Assembly: GCF_037042905.1 (NCBI RefSeq)
Contig: NC_087246.1
Location: 1,490,001-1,554,000, forward strand
Direction of reading: 5' to 3'
DNA: 64,000 bases
From: Lytechinus pictus
Taxonomy: Eukaryota
The notes below the pieces were generated by a model. That model worked only from the letters and a program-made list of their open reading frames with translations, had not been told where the DNA came from and did no database searches. The translations under genes were made by a program, and so were the position numbers. Positions 24,381 through 36,700 of the stretch are shown piece after piece. Each line of letters opens with the position of its first letter. Position 1 is the first letter of the stretch.

Positions 24381-25582
24381 CTAGATGCTGGAGATCAAGC
24401 AGCCACTTCTCCCAATCTGAATGCAGGTCATTGGTTCATCCCAGTCCATATTCTGCTTGCACATAGCTTGGAGGACCCTCTTTCCTTTAAGAACTACTTG
24501 TCCCAGAAAGCCACTTGGATCGTAAATTGAACTAATCGTTGAAAGAACACCTCGTCTTGAGAATGAGTTTGCCTTCACCTGTATTCTGAAGTTGAAGGTG
24601 TCATTCTCAATGTTCCAGGACACTCCTAGCACTCTTTCCAGCACAAGCTTGTCAATAGCTAAGTCCAGATCTTGCAGGCTCTTTGCTCGTTCATCGACTG
24701 GAAAACTTTTCAGGACTTCTCTGCTGTTTGACACAAACTTGTGCAATTTCAGTCCTGATTTTGCAGAACTCGAGAACTCTGACATACTCTGCAGCGTACG
24801 CCCCAACCGAGTGATGTTCTCATTGCATACAGGTCATCCTCTCCGCCAGGGAGTACTTTTTGGGGTCGAATTGCTCTCGACCAGTTGTTTCCTATTAGCA
24901 AGGAAACCTTTATGGATGGATTGTATGGCATCAACTCATCCGCGATCGGTGCTAGATGCCTCCACTTCTTCAGAACTTCTGCCTTGGGAATTGTGACCGC
25001 TTGGCTGGAACCTCTTGTCTAGTGTAGCAGGACGGGAGGTGGATAACTGTAGACTTCTGGAAGTCCCAAGACCTCAAGACCACTGATCTTCTGACAGCTA
25101 ATGCGAGCACTCTCGTGCATTGTTGTCAACATAAGATCAGTCTCAGGTCCTTTAACACCCAATCTGTCGCAAAGACCACTGGAGACAAATCCAACATTGG
25201 ACTGGTCATCAAGGATCACGTATTCAAGGAATTCCCTTGATGGATCATCACCCTTCCTCACCCAAACCGGCACTGTCATACAATGGTCCTTTCCATCTTG
25301 GTCAGGAAGATCACAGATGTTGGTGCAGTTTGAGCTAGCAGATTTTTTTTCTACCTTCTGTCGGTGTAGGCAGATCAAGTGGTTTCTCTTACACCTTTTA
25401 CATTCCCGGCATTGCTTGCAGTCCATCCCAAGGTGGTTACTACTTTGACCACATCCCATTAAAAGGTACTTCTTGAAGAAGAATGTCTTCTTGTCCTTGT
25501 AATAGATGTGCTTGAACTCTGGGCAGTCATCGATGTGGTGATCCTTATCGCAGTAAGGACATGATGATGATTGTCTATGCAC
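24381..25582 (-). pseudogene. BEL/Pao zinc knuckles plus protease, joined by an internal deletion to the post-RT (Peptidase_A17-like) region
   Basis: CPYCDKDHHIDDC..CKRCKRNHLICLH..ILDDQSNVGFVS..LLIGNN..AMRTSLGW, then directly GLKLHKFVSNS..ERVLGVSWNIENDTF..SRRGVLSTISSIYDPSGFL..DWDEP. The RT core is missing. Confidence 0.85.
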
Positions 25583-25585
25583 CGT

Positions 25586-26550
25586 TTACTTCTCCATATT
25601 ATTTTTCAGCTCTTTCAAACCATTATTTGTACCTTCTCTCTTCTTCATATTGGCATAGACTTTCACAAAGCTATTCATTCTTATCTTAATATAATAATTC
25701 ATAGTAGTGGTGAACAACTGCTCTGATTCGTTCCTACTCAAATGACCTGATATCAAAACCTCCCAACATTTCTCAGTGAACGTTCTTGACCTTATTGTCA
25801 TTTCTAGGATTTCTTTGGCAGATACACTAGTCCCAACAAGTTTTTGTATGGACAGTTGTTTTTTAACAGCAAATTATATATCTAGAGAATTGGTACACTT
25901 TGTCTGATACCCTGTATTAACCCCTTTCTTTTGATATGTCATCCAAACATTAGTATAGGCTAGAAATACCAGTATCACTATCCTCAATTTTCCAGAAAAG
26001 AAGAATGTCTCGTAACTGTTTACCCAACTGTGACTTCATTCTTGTGTGTTTTTTTAGGAGGGCAAAAGGCACAAAGGCAGCAACATATCAATAATACATT
26101 TTTTCTTCCTTCATCATTGACGATCACCTTCTTCTTGTGCCCCCTTCTGAATTCAAAGCTGCCTCATAAATCTCCAAAGTACATCTCAGTGTGTATTGCA
26201 GAAGGCCCATTCTCACCAGTTTTGTTGTTATCATCTGCAAGTTCAGCAATTCTTCCCGTGATGTCATGATTTCGTCTCCACATCTGAATTTGTGAAAGCT
26301 TTGGAAGATGGCACTGTTCATCTGTTGGCCAACACAATTCCCTTCACTTGCAGCACAGTCCCAAAGCCCTAAAACTACAATCTCTGCAAAGTCAGAGAAG
26401 GCTAATTTGGTCACGCTTACCGCCAAGGTCAATCATGAAGAACTTTTTGTAAAGGCTTGCGTACTGAGTCTACATTCACGAAAACATGCGAGCACTCATG
26501 AGGAAATTACTTTAACCTTGTTTCGCTCTCGTAGATGTAGCCGTTCTGTG
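25586..26550 (-). pseudogene. Degenerate ORF of unassigned, probably transposon-associated family
   Basis: Broken frames give YVAAFVPFALLKKH..VSDKVYQF..CWEVLISGHLSRNESEQLFTTTMNYYIKIRMNSFVKVY..LKELK. Protein-like, but I cannot name the family. Confidence 0.4.
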
Positions 26551-27264
26551 TGACGTGCTGACACAGAAGTGAAACATAGTCACCAGGTTCTATCACAGAC
26601 TTTGTTGGGGCCTATGTCACTACAACAATTCACACCAGGGGTGAAGAACAACATGAGTTATTATGTGCTTATTTCATGCTGCTTCACTCTTGCTTTTCTA
26701 TCTGTGAGTGCTGGGTAGTAATTCTTGATAATTCCATCCTCAAATCTCTTGCAGCTTCCTCTGTCTTGGCAGCTTCCATATCACATCTTGTTTCTATGTA
26801 GCTTATGACCAGAAAAATATTCAAATCAAGCTGCGAGGATGGGAGGACCCATGCTGATGGTGCACTCCCTTATCATCTGATACTGGGGTGGACATGCCAT
26901 TTGCTGTTTGGTATTTGGTTTCATTTGTACTTGTACATGCCTATGAAAACTCATGTGATTGAGATGTTAGTCTCTAAAACCTAACAGGATTGGTTTTATG
27001 TTATTGTGGTGTTCATCTCTAAAACCTAATAGGATTGGTTTACAATCAGATACAACTTTAACAAAAGGGTGATAAATTCTAAATCAGAACATAATTAGGT
27101 AATTCTGGTTAAACATTAGACAGAATAAAATGTGTAGTGGGTCGGACAAGGAGTGTTTGAGAAGGACTCCCTCATATTCCAGGCCCTACTGAATGGTATT
27201 AATTACTGCTTCTTTTGATATTAAAAGGCAGAGATTACGTCCTTAGGAACAGTAGTCGTGAATG

Positions 27265-28516
27265 CAGAGATGCCAACCTAAAGGGATGGTTGTCAGGAAT
27301 ATTTACCATATTTGTCAGGAACAAATGGGAGTTTCTCAGGAACATCCCGCGAAGTAGCATCGTTTATACGCTCAACCACCCAATGATTACATGTACATGT
27401 ATGTATTTTGTATTCAACTTCTGAAGTCTTGTCTAATAATCCAAAGCTAATTTTCTTTAAGAGTAACCAGCAAATAAATGAGGCACCAAAAATATTCAAA
27501 AATGTAATGTCTTTCTTCAATGTCAGTCAAAATACAGTTGAAATATCATGTACAATGTACCAGTCCTCATTAGTCATTGAGAGCCCTGAAAGTGGCTCCC
27601 TTCATCCGCTTCAAATCTTCACTTGTCATGTTCTGGTCAAAGCATTTTCCTTTGTAGTTGGCTTTCACGATCAATATGCTCTCCAAGGTTTTGTCACCCA
27701 AGTTGGGCCTAAAGTCTATCAAGTTTTTTCTCACAAGAGAAAAAACTCGCTCACAGTCAGCATTGCTGTGGGGTATTACAAGTCTTCTACAGTCATCGCG
27801 TCCTCCGTGTGAAATTGAAACATCCAGTTTGCACGCTGAACAAAAGATGTGGTTTTTACTCACTTTACTTGGCTTTAAAACTGGCCACACAGCAGAGTAT
27901 TCCATTTTAAATGTCTGCAATCTCCTTTTTTTGGTAGGCTGTGACTCCATTTCGCCTGCGTCCGTAATTCTTTTGCGCGATTCCATGATGTTAACGATGT
28001 TAAACTTTCAACCACCAAGACGAATGCTACTTCGAAGTTTGAACTCGCTACAGTGCAATATGCATGCAATACACGTATATGCAGCGCAGTGACGTGCCTA
28101 GCAGTAGCACTGCACTAGCAGTTACATGCGATTACCATGTCACACATGTGTTCATGTGTACAGTCAATCGCCATTGACATTGTGCATGCATGAACCGCGG
28201 CTTGCACTCCGCACTTCGCTGTGTATTCAGCAGCAGCGCGCGGAGGCGCTTGCAATAGAAATCTCAGTAGAGAAACTCCCGTTGGTTTACCGTTGGCCAC
28301 ACACACGCTGCATGCACGATACATGTATACACAATACACGCATATACATGCACAATACACAATACACGCATATATACACATGCACCGTAAAGCAATACAC
28401 AATACACATGTATTGTAGTTGTTTTTTCTGTAACCTTTTTATTGTTGCCGTAACACCGTAATTGGAGGAATAAAATCGGAACAAATACGGCAAATCCCTA
28501 ACGGTTGGCATCTCTG
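27265..28516 (-). mobile_element. Internally deleted hAT transposon with intact TIRs and 6-bp TSD
   Basis: Perfect 14-bp TIR CAGAGATGCCAACC / GGTTGGCATCTCTG; TGAATG on both flanks; carries ORF 27570-27986. Confidence 0.85.
27570..27986 (-). CDS. 138-aa mini hAT transposase derivative (partial N-terminal Zn finger fused in frame to the hATC dimerization region)
   Basis: PTKKRR..WPVLKPS..IFCSACKLDVSISHGGRDDCRR joined to LVIPHSNADCERVFSLVRKN..RPNL..TLESIL. ATG to stop is uninterrupted; expression unknown. Confidence 0.55.
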   Translation of the reverse strand: MESRKRITDAGEMESQPTKKRRLQTFKMEYSAVWPVLKPSKVSKNHIFCSACKLDVSISHGGRDDCRRLVIPHSNADCERVFSLVRKNLIDFRPNLGDKTLESILIVKANYKGKCFDQNMTSEDLKRMKGATFRALND

Positions 28517-28787
28517 TGAATGCATTAATATATGATTGTGTAGTTACACTTTCAATCGCTTTTCAAAATCTTTCACCATTATGATGCGTTACAGTTTTGA
28601 AATACCAAACATTGTTTGACAAAGGGTCAGCTGCACTATCATTAGTGGTACCGGTACGCTGGCCTAGTACACAGCCTTAGTTTGCCTGACTGCCCATGTA
28701 CAAGCCAGCTGAGGTAAACCTACAGAAAATAACAGAAGAAGTGTAAACTGATAAACCTGACGAAAAAGGATGAGTGACATGAGTCTA

Positions 28788-28950
28788 TATTCAATTCAAT
28801 TCAATTTATTCAAATTCCATTCAATAAAAATACAAAATACAATATCAGAGAAATACATAATTGGTAACAAAGCAATTAAACATTCTTAAATACAAAATGA
28901 AATTTTGGAGACTGCAAAAGACCAAAAGGTCTTGACGAGGCAGACCCCGA
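28788..28950 (-). mobile_element. LINE (CR1-like) 3' tail remnant
   Basis: (ATTCA)n plus TTTATT on +, i.e. AATAAA(TTGAA)n on -, preceded by a short stem-loop-like GC segment. Confidence 0.4.
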
Positions 28951-29583
28951 GTGCCATCATGGCAATACGTACATTGGCATAGGTTATCATAGGATGATCT
29001 TTAATACAACACAATAAAAGGACCAAATGGTTTTATCAATCGGTAAAAACATGGAAATTACCAGAGCGCGAAAAACACAATCTACCTTATGATGGAGGAG
29101 AAAGAAAGAAAAGCAAGGTTTATTTCATACTTTTTAGAAAACCTAATTATGGGGATGGATTGAGTGCCACACAGATTCTTTCCTGCTATAGCAGATTTCT
29201 TTGAGGACAGTCTAAGAAAATTGTCATATACTTGTATGCCCCCTCTTTTTCATATTTGCCGTTTGTGCCCAGTCCTATTCCAAAATCTTGGTTCCGCCAC
29301 TGATTTGATATTTGCGCTTAGACTGTATCACAATTACACATGCAATTTTAATTTCCTAATGCACACTTGCTTTGAAAAAACCCAGACATGGTGGACGCAA
29401 CAGTGAAAGAAATGCATGCCATGTGACCAGCTCATAGCCAATCAGTTGATCAGGATCCATCTATCTGTCGTATAAAAGAAAAAGATGAATAGAAATGCCC
29501 ATGCTGCTTTTCAAGATGAAATACACAATTCTAATGATTTCATGTACCAAATATGTAGGACTATTGTCAACCAATCTAGCTTT

Positions 29584-29682
29584 ACTAAATAGGTTCATTA
29601 TTGCGGACTGAAATAATCGCTAGAGGGTATTCATTTGTCTCGCAATAGTAGATTGCGAGACAAATGAATACCCTCTAGCGAT
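29584..29682. repeat. 99-bp insertion ending in a perfect 31-bp hairpin, flanked by a 12-bp direct repeat
   Basis: Stem 29616-29646 / 29652-29682, loop AGTAG. CAATCTAGCTTT at 29572-29583 and 29683-29694. Confidence 0.85.
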
Positions 29683-32600
29683 CAATCTAGCTTTGTTTTA
29701 TGAAATTTGGTCAAACAGCACAGCATTCAGCTCAAAATTACAAGTAGTTTAAAGTCATGAAACAAGTAATTGAGTTGAGGGAATGACTTATTAAGTTGAG
29801 AGGATAGTCAGAGAAGAATTTAATACTTATTCTAAGTTGGTGGGAGCAAATAAGGGGAAAATATGTCACTTTAGAGGCTCTATAGTAATACTAAAAATAA
29901 TGATTCTAGCAATGTGTCTTTTGTCCGTTTTCTTTTAATTCTGAGCCAGTACCCCTTTTGATTCAAGGTTGATTCGTATTTTCACAACTTTTTATCATAC
30001 GATGTTGCATACTTGTTTTTATTGTTAATTTGAGATATGCAAAATCCAATTTTTCGTTCCCTAAGTATTCTAGAAACGAATTACTTTAGAAGGGCCAGCT
30101 TGTAAGTTTGAATTATCACATTTGATGTGTTTTGATTTTGAAAGTTTGTCTAAAAAAAATTATAAAACAGACCAGGGGCGTGTTTATAAATTTGTTATAA
30201 CAAATTCACAATAACGGTTTAAAGCTCTAAAATCATTCAATTTGATTGGCTGATGGTAAATTTGTTGTAAAAATTGTGCATTTATTATAACAATCTTTAT
30301 GAAACAAGACCCAGATTAACATCATGGTGATGCCACAAAAGATATTAGGCTGCTTAATTAGAATATTAAGAAAATTTGATTGAAAATGATCTAACTTTTT
30401 CAAATGTGGCAGGCAGGGAATTGTGCTGTAGAGGAAAGCATTTCATGAAAATATTTGTTGGAAATTTTGGTTTTTTATACCACTGATATCTTTAGTACCA
30501 GATTGTCTGAGTGTTCTCTCTTTTGTTGATGGAAGATGCTCATATTTGTGAGAACTCACTACAAGAAGTACACAAGATAACTAGATATATTTGTTTCAAA
30601 AATTATTTTAATTGTCTTAATTTCTTTTACAAAATGAGCAATATTTATTCCTTGAAAACAATAGAAAGTTTTCATTCATATGTACAATGCACGACAAGAA
30701 TAGAAACAAAGCAAATTAATTATGTAATTGGTCACAAAATATTTGCCATGAAAATAGGGATTATCAGAAATATAGTGTATACTTTGTATACAGGACATGT
30801 ACAGTGTGATATATGATACTTTACTTCTCTAAGAAATAAAATCAGACTTCTCAGATAATATTATACCTACTGTCTTGCCAAGTATTTTTTTTATTAGTAA
30901 CACAGCAAGTTTTGGGCAAGTAATATTTGCACTCAGTGAAGGGAAGCTTTTAGAGAGATGGAGAGGGAAAGAATGAGAGGAAGAGATGAGAGAGCCCTCA
31001 GAATGAAAGCCGGGGAGGGAGAGAGAAAGAAATGGAGGGAAAAGGAAAAGTGCAAATTAAGGGAGAGAGAGGTAGAGGTAAGAGAGAAAGGGAGAATCAG
31101 GGGAATAATCAGCAAGAGAGTAAGCAAGTAATGACCATTGCTGAAAGTGATTTGCAAAAAAGATACACTATCATTTTCGATCTGGATGTAATATCATTTT
31201 CCCATAGTGAAACTCCAAAAAGATTGCATATATATTCATATTACAGAGGAAGTGACAGTTTGTATCAAAGTCAAAAGGTAATTATTTACTACATTAGAAA
31301 TTATTAATTTTAGATTTGGGAGCTCCCCCCCCCCCCCAATTATCAAGTCAGACAGCAACAGTCTTAGTATGTGGAATTAACAAGATGAAGAAATCAAGGG
31401 AAAAGAAATACAGCCAGAAACAGGCAGAGGGATTCATAGAGACAGGTAAAGGATCACAGAGAACAGCAAAATGATTTATAACTACAAAGTATCAAGTGGC
31501 GAGTGTGATACAAGAGATACTGAATTACAATATGATTCATATAATAGAAAACTGTTTAGACTGACCAGCATAATCAGCAGATTGCACCTTTTCTGTGTAT
31601 CAATGTTTTAACAATTAGCCTTTTAGTCCTAAAATATACACTACATTATAGCCTCATTGCATATATTTTTGTATATACATCCAGAATACATATATTCATT
31701 CATTCAATAGTCATTATATTTCTGAAAGAATGTTATCCTATAACAATTATCAGTGATTGTGATTTACAATCTGACATGAAATCATCTTCATTCTTGCTGA
31801 CAATTGTTTTTTTCTAAGGAATTCCCATAAAAAAAGAATTTAAAATAAATTGTACCATACAATACAACCCATAATAGCCTCTACAGAAACAATATCTCAC
31901 TCAGCCTAAAATCAGCTATGTCATAAATAATATTGATAATAATAACAAAAACAATCACAATCTAGGATCCACCTGTGTTATGACATGATATACATTATAC
32001 AAACTCACACCCTTCATGCTTTTCACATACTGTAGGGAGGTCTTTTAGAAGCGGTAGTAGAAATGCATGACTTCAAAAATAGAAAATGGCAAGCAATATA
32101 CACTTCTCAATCACTTTATGACTGCATCCATCAAAACTATTTAACCCTAAAACACAGTTTTAAAGACGTTTAATTCAACCATTGTTGCATTCAATCAATG
32201 TTTTGTTGGTCACTATTATCTATTCAAAGAAAAATAAATCTGGTATAAACAAGCAATTACATTTTATTTCCAGTCATTCTAAAGAATATGAGCAGGATTT
32301 GTTTTAATTGCATGAGCTTCATTCTAGTGATGATGCAGTATAGAAAGGATTATGGTACATGTACATGTACATTGAATCAAAATAGCATCTTACAACATGT
32401 AGGTGTTTGATCATCCACATACAATTATGAAATATTGTTCTTGGATAAGTAGTAAACTATTTCAATTGACATGGAACTGGCATGTAATGTCACTATACAA
32501 AGCAATCTTGGCAGAACAATAGCTAAAACAAATGAACCATTGATCCATGACAAACCATGTATAATAAAGAGAAATTGAATATATACATTTTCCTATTTAC

Positions 32601-33789
32601 GGTACTCATTTCAGGTTACTATACACATTTTATACTGTAACAAAGCAAGCTTAGCAACTGACCATGGGACTTATTTCTTTTTACAGTTGATCATACACAT
32701 GCAATCAATCATAAAAATCATCCTCATAGTCAATTGCTGAGCTTCATGTTACCAGGCCTAGATCACTTGTCTTGATAAAATTCAGCATCAGGATTTTAAA
32801 GAGATTAAACGGATAAAATCCATCATGAAATGTATACATCCTTGTTCAAGCATGGTCAGACAAAGCTCTCCAAAATGTTTTGTAGTATTCAAACATGGTG
32901 AAACAAAGGCCACTTATTCATATCAATGCACTCTATACATACCATTCAAGAAACTTGATGTACAACTAATGTCATCATATTGATTTCATTGTGATATCAC
33001 AACTGATGATGTATGATGTCATAATGATTTCCTCAATGACATTATGAGGGAATAATTCTCTTTCCAAATTTAATTGGCAATTTTAGCAATTGGGGAAGAG
33101 GGATCAACAAAGTTCTGTATGTGGAAAATCCTGCGAGACAAAACACATAAAATGCATAGAAAACAGTAATGTCATATCTGGAAAATTATTCCTTGTATGT
33201 GTCAAGAAGAGTGATGTCATGATTATGTCTGTGCAACTAAAGACATCAATCTGCCTAACATAAGAATTTGGCAGTTTTCTTTTGTTGCCTCACAATTGTT
33301 TCAATGTCCTTGTAACATTTTTTAATGATTCATATCAAATCAACTTTGAACACAAAATGTAGTAAAGATTTGTCACCCTCTCAGAGCCTTAACTAACATG
33401 CCTCTACCTTACATAGACCCCTTCCAAAAAATACACTAAAATACCACTTTTTCAGATGAAATTATTTCTTTTGTTTCATGTTTTAAATTCCTAATTTTAC
33501 CTACGTAACAAAAGTAATAAACAAATTCAAACTCTTGACATTAATAGACATTTCTACCCACTTCCAGATATCCCAACTACTTGTAATTGGATAAGAGATT
33601 TTTTGATCTGCACCCAGCTCATTAAATATGCTGTCTACATCATGTATATCACTTGGATGAAAGAGGCTTCACTTTGAAGACATGCCTAGTGTTGACTGTT
33701 GGTGAAAATGAATTCCAATCCTGTTGAATAGTAGGCATCATCATTCTCAGAGTTGGGACTTCCCCATATGATGTAATATGGACATCCCC

Positions 33790-36700
33790 CTATGATGTAA
33801 TAGTAACATCGATCTGTACTTGGCCTGTATCTCCTCTTAATCTTTCATCTGTGGAAGACATTAAAAAGAAATAAATCAACTAGAAGTGCAATTGTATTAG
33901 AATGATGTGTGTGCAATGATGTGGGAATGAGATGAGATGAAGAGGATATGAAGAGCTATGAAAGAAATACACATTAAAGGAGAATGAAACCCTTGAAACC
34001 AGCTGAATCCATATCAAAGAGAAAAATCAAAGAAACATATTGTTGAAAGTTTGAGGAAGATTGAACGAATAATAAGAAAGTTATGAGCATTTGAATATTG
34101 AGATCACTAATGCCATGTAGATCCTCCCATTGGCAATGCGACCAAGATCTGTGATGTCACACACGTACAACTCCCTCATTACTTTAGTACTTATTTCACT
34201 TATATTCTCACTTTTATAGAGTCTATCACAAGGTGAGGTGTTCTCTTTATGAGAGGACAAGTACAGAGGTTTCACAACATTATATCATTGATGAATCGTT
34301 TGTCATATGATTAGAACGAGCAAAAAGAGATGTTTTGGGGTATATTTTCAGTGTCCAAAAGGGGAGAGTTGTTCATCTGTGACATCATAGATCTTGGTCG
34401 CATTGCCAATGGGAGGATCTCCATAGCATTAGTGATCTCGACATTCAAATGCTCATAACTCTTCTATTGCTAGTCCTATTTTACTCAAACTTTTGTTGAT
34501 CTTATTCTTTGATTTGTCTGCTTTCACAAAAGCTAACTTGCTCCAAGAGTTTCATTCTCCTTTAAAGGCTTGGCAAGAATTGAACACATTGGATGAGTAT
34601 TTTCCGCATATGTGGTAATTTATCATGATACAGTTTTCATTTCAAACTTTTAGCAAAAGCTGGAAGTGCCAACGACGTGATATTATGATGATACAATATA
34701 CTTGCCTCTGAGAAAAATCCTTGCCAGCCAAACTTTTTTCAAGCAGTAAATTTTTTTTGTTGATATATCATCCATGAGCACTACAAGAATACGCGTGTTG
34801 GTATTATATCAAAATTTTCTTAACGACATTGACAACCAAGCAAAAAATTGATATTATCATTCAGTGCAACAAAAGAAGTAGTTTTAAAAACCATTAAAGA
34901 TATAAAGAGATGCTAATAGTGTCAAGAAGGTGAAATTAATCTTTGTGGGTTCTCTTTGGGTAACATAGGAAGAATGCTATATACACAACAATGGATAAAT
35001 TTTCAGGTGCTTTTTGACATTAGAAATATGACAGAAAAAACAGATATTTTGTCATGCATCTGTGTAGCCTCATACATGGATTTCTCTGTGTAGTGCATTG
35101 GGCTCACAACATAATAAAATAAGTCTGAAGAATGGCATGACATAGGCCTTCATGAGCAATTAAGGTATGCATTGATGAATATTTTGCCTTTAGAAACTAA
35201 AATTGGAACAAGAAGATACAATAGAAAAAAGAAAGAAAGAAATAAAAAGACGGAGTGAAGAATACTGGTGCAGTAGCGAAATTAAAAAAATAAATTATTT
35301 CTTAAAGAAAATAAACAGTAAAAATTGAACTTTTTATTCCCATTTACCTTGTGAATATTCATGCTCTTAACACTAAAAAAGTAATTATATAATCATGAAT
35401 GAAATCATAAGTAATATGAATAGTATTCATATTTGTGTGGTAAGCATGCTGTACTGTAGGTACTGTATCACCAAAGTATCAAGTATAGCAGTCAATCAAA
35501 CTTTGGGATATACATTGTTGGTTTTTGGAAATGGAGGCAGAGGAGGGGGAGGAGTAGAGGGGAGGAGGAGAGGATGGGGGGAAGGAGGGGAGAGGAGGGG
35601 GAGGAGGAGGGGAGATAAGGAGGAGAGGAGAGGAGGAGGAGAGGGGAGGAGAGGAGGATGGGAGAGGGGAAGGGGAGGAGGATGGGAGGGGAGAGGAGGG
35701 GAGAGGAGGGGGAGGAGGGGAGAGGCGGGGGAGGAGGAGGGGAGATAAGGAGGAGAGGAGAGGAGGAGAGGGGAGGAGGAGGAGGGGAGGACGGGAGAGG
35801 AGGGGAGAGGGGAGGAGGATGGGAGGGGAGAGGAGGGGGGAAGGAGGGGAGATGAGGAGGAGGGGAGATAAGGAGGAGAGGAGGGGAGGAGGAGAGGGGA
35901 GGAGGAGGGGAGGACGGGAGAAGAGGGGAGGAGGATGGGAGGGGAGAGGAGGGGAGAGGAGGGGAGAGGAAGGGGATGAGGGGGGAGGAGAGGGGGAGAG
36001 GAGGGGAGGGTAGAGGAAGAGAGGGGGAAGGTGAGAAGAGGGGAAGGGGAGGAGGATGGGAGGGGGAGGAGAGGAGGGGAGATGAGGGGAGAGAAGGGGG
36101 AGGAGGGGAGAGGAGGAGGGGAGGAGCAGAGGGGAGGGGGAGAGAGGAGAAGGGAAGGGGGAGGAGAGGAGGGGATGAGGGGAGAGGAGAGGAGGCGGAA
36201 GGGAGGGGGAGGAGGGGATAGGAGAGGGGAGGAGGGGAAGGGGAGGAGGGCAGGGATGAGGAGGAAGGGAGGGGGAGTAGGGGAGAGGAGGGGGAGGGGA
36301 GGAGGAGAAGGGGGGTAGGAGGTGGATGGGGAGGAGGAGGACAAGAATGTTTATATTGAGCAAATATACACCTTGTTAAATGCTCGAAATGCTCCGATAT
36401 TACCCTAAACTAGGCTACCAGGTCCAGAATTAAAGATTTAAATAACAAGGCAAGCATGATTAAGAAAGGATTGTAGGGGAGATTGGGGTTAGTTGGAACA
36501 CAGGGTAAGTTGAAACATTGTAATTTTCTTTAACACCTATAAATAAATTCATGCAATACTGCCCCCTCTTTATTGCCATTAGCAACAGTCATCCACCATA
36601 TTACAGACAACACATGTGCAACAAGCCCGGTGAATTTAGAAAGGAATTTTTTTTTTTCATCTTCTGAGTAATTTTTTTTCTTTCAGAAATGTTTTATTAT

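Noticed and set aside
18735..25582. A single intact LTR retrotransposon
   Set aside because: Mixed Gypsy and BEL parts in non-canonical order, many stops and frameshifts, and no LTR pair, PBS or PPT found.
28115..28511. Cys/His/Tyr-rich ORFs
   Set aside because: Derived from (TACAC/ATAC)n simple repeats in the hAT subterminal region.
35395..36363. Extensin-like Pro-rich and Gly/Arg/Glu-rich ORFs on both strands
   Set aside because: Polypurine low-complexity tract that is open in most frames.
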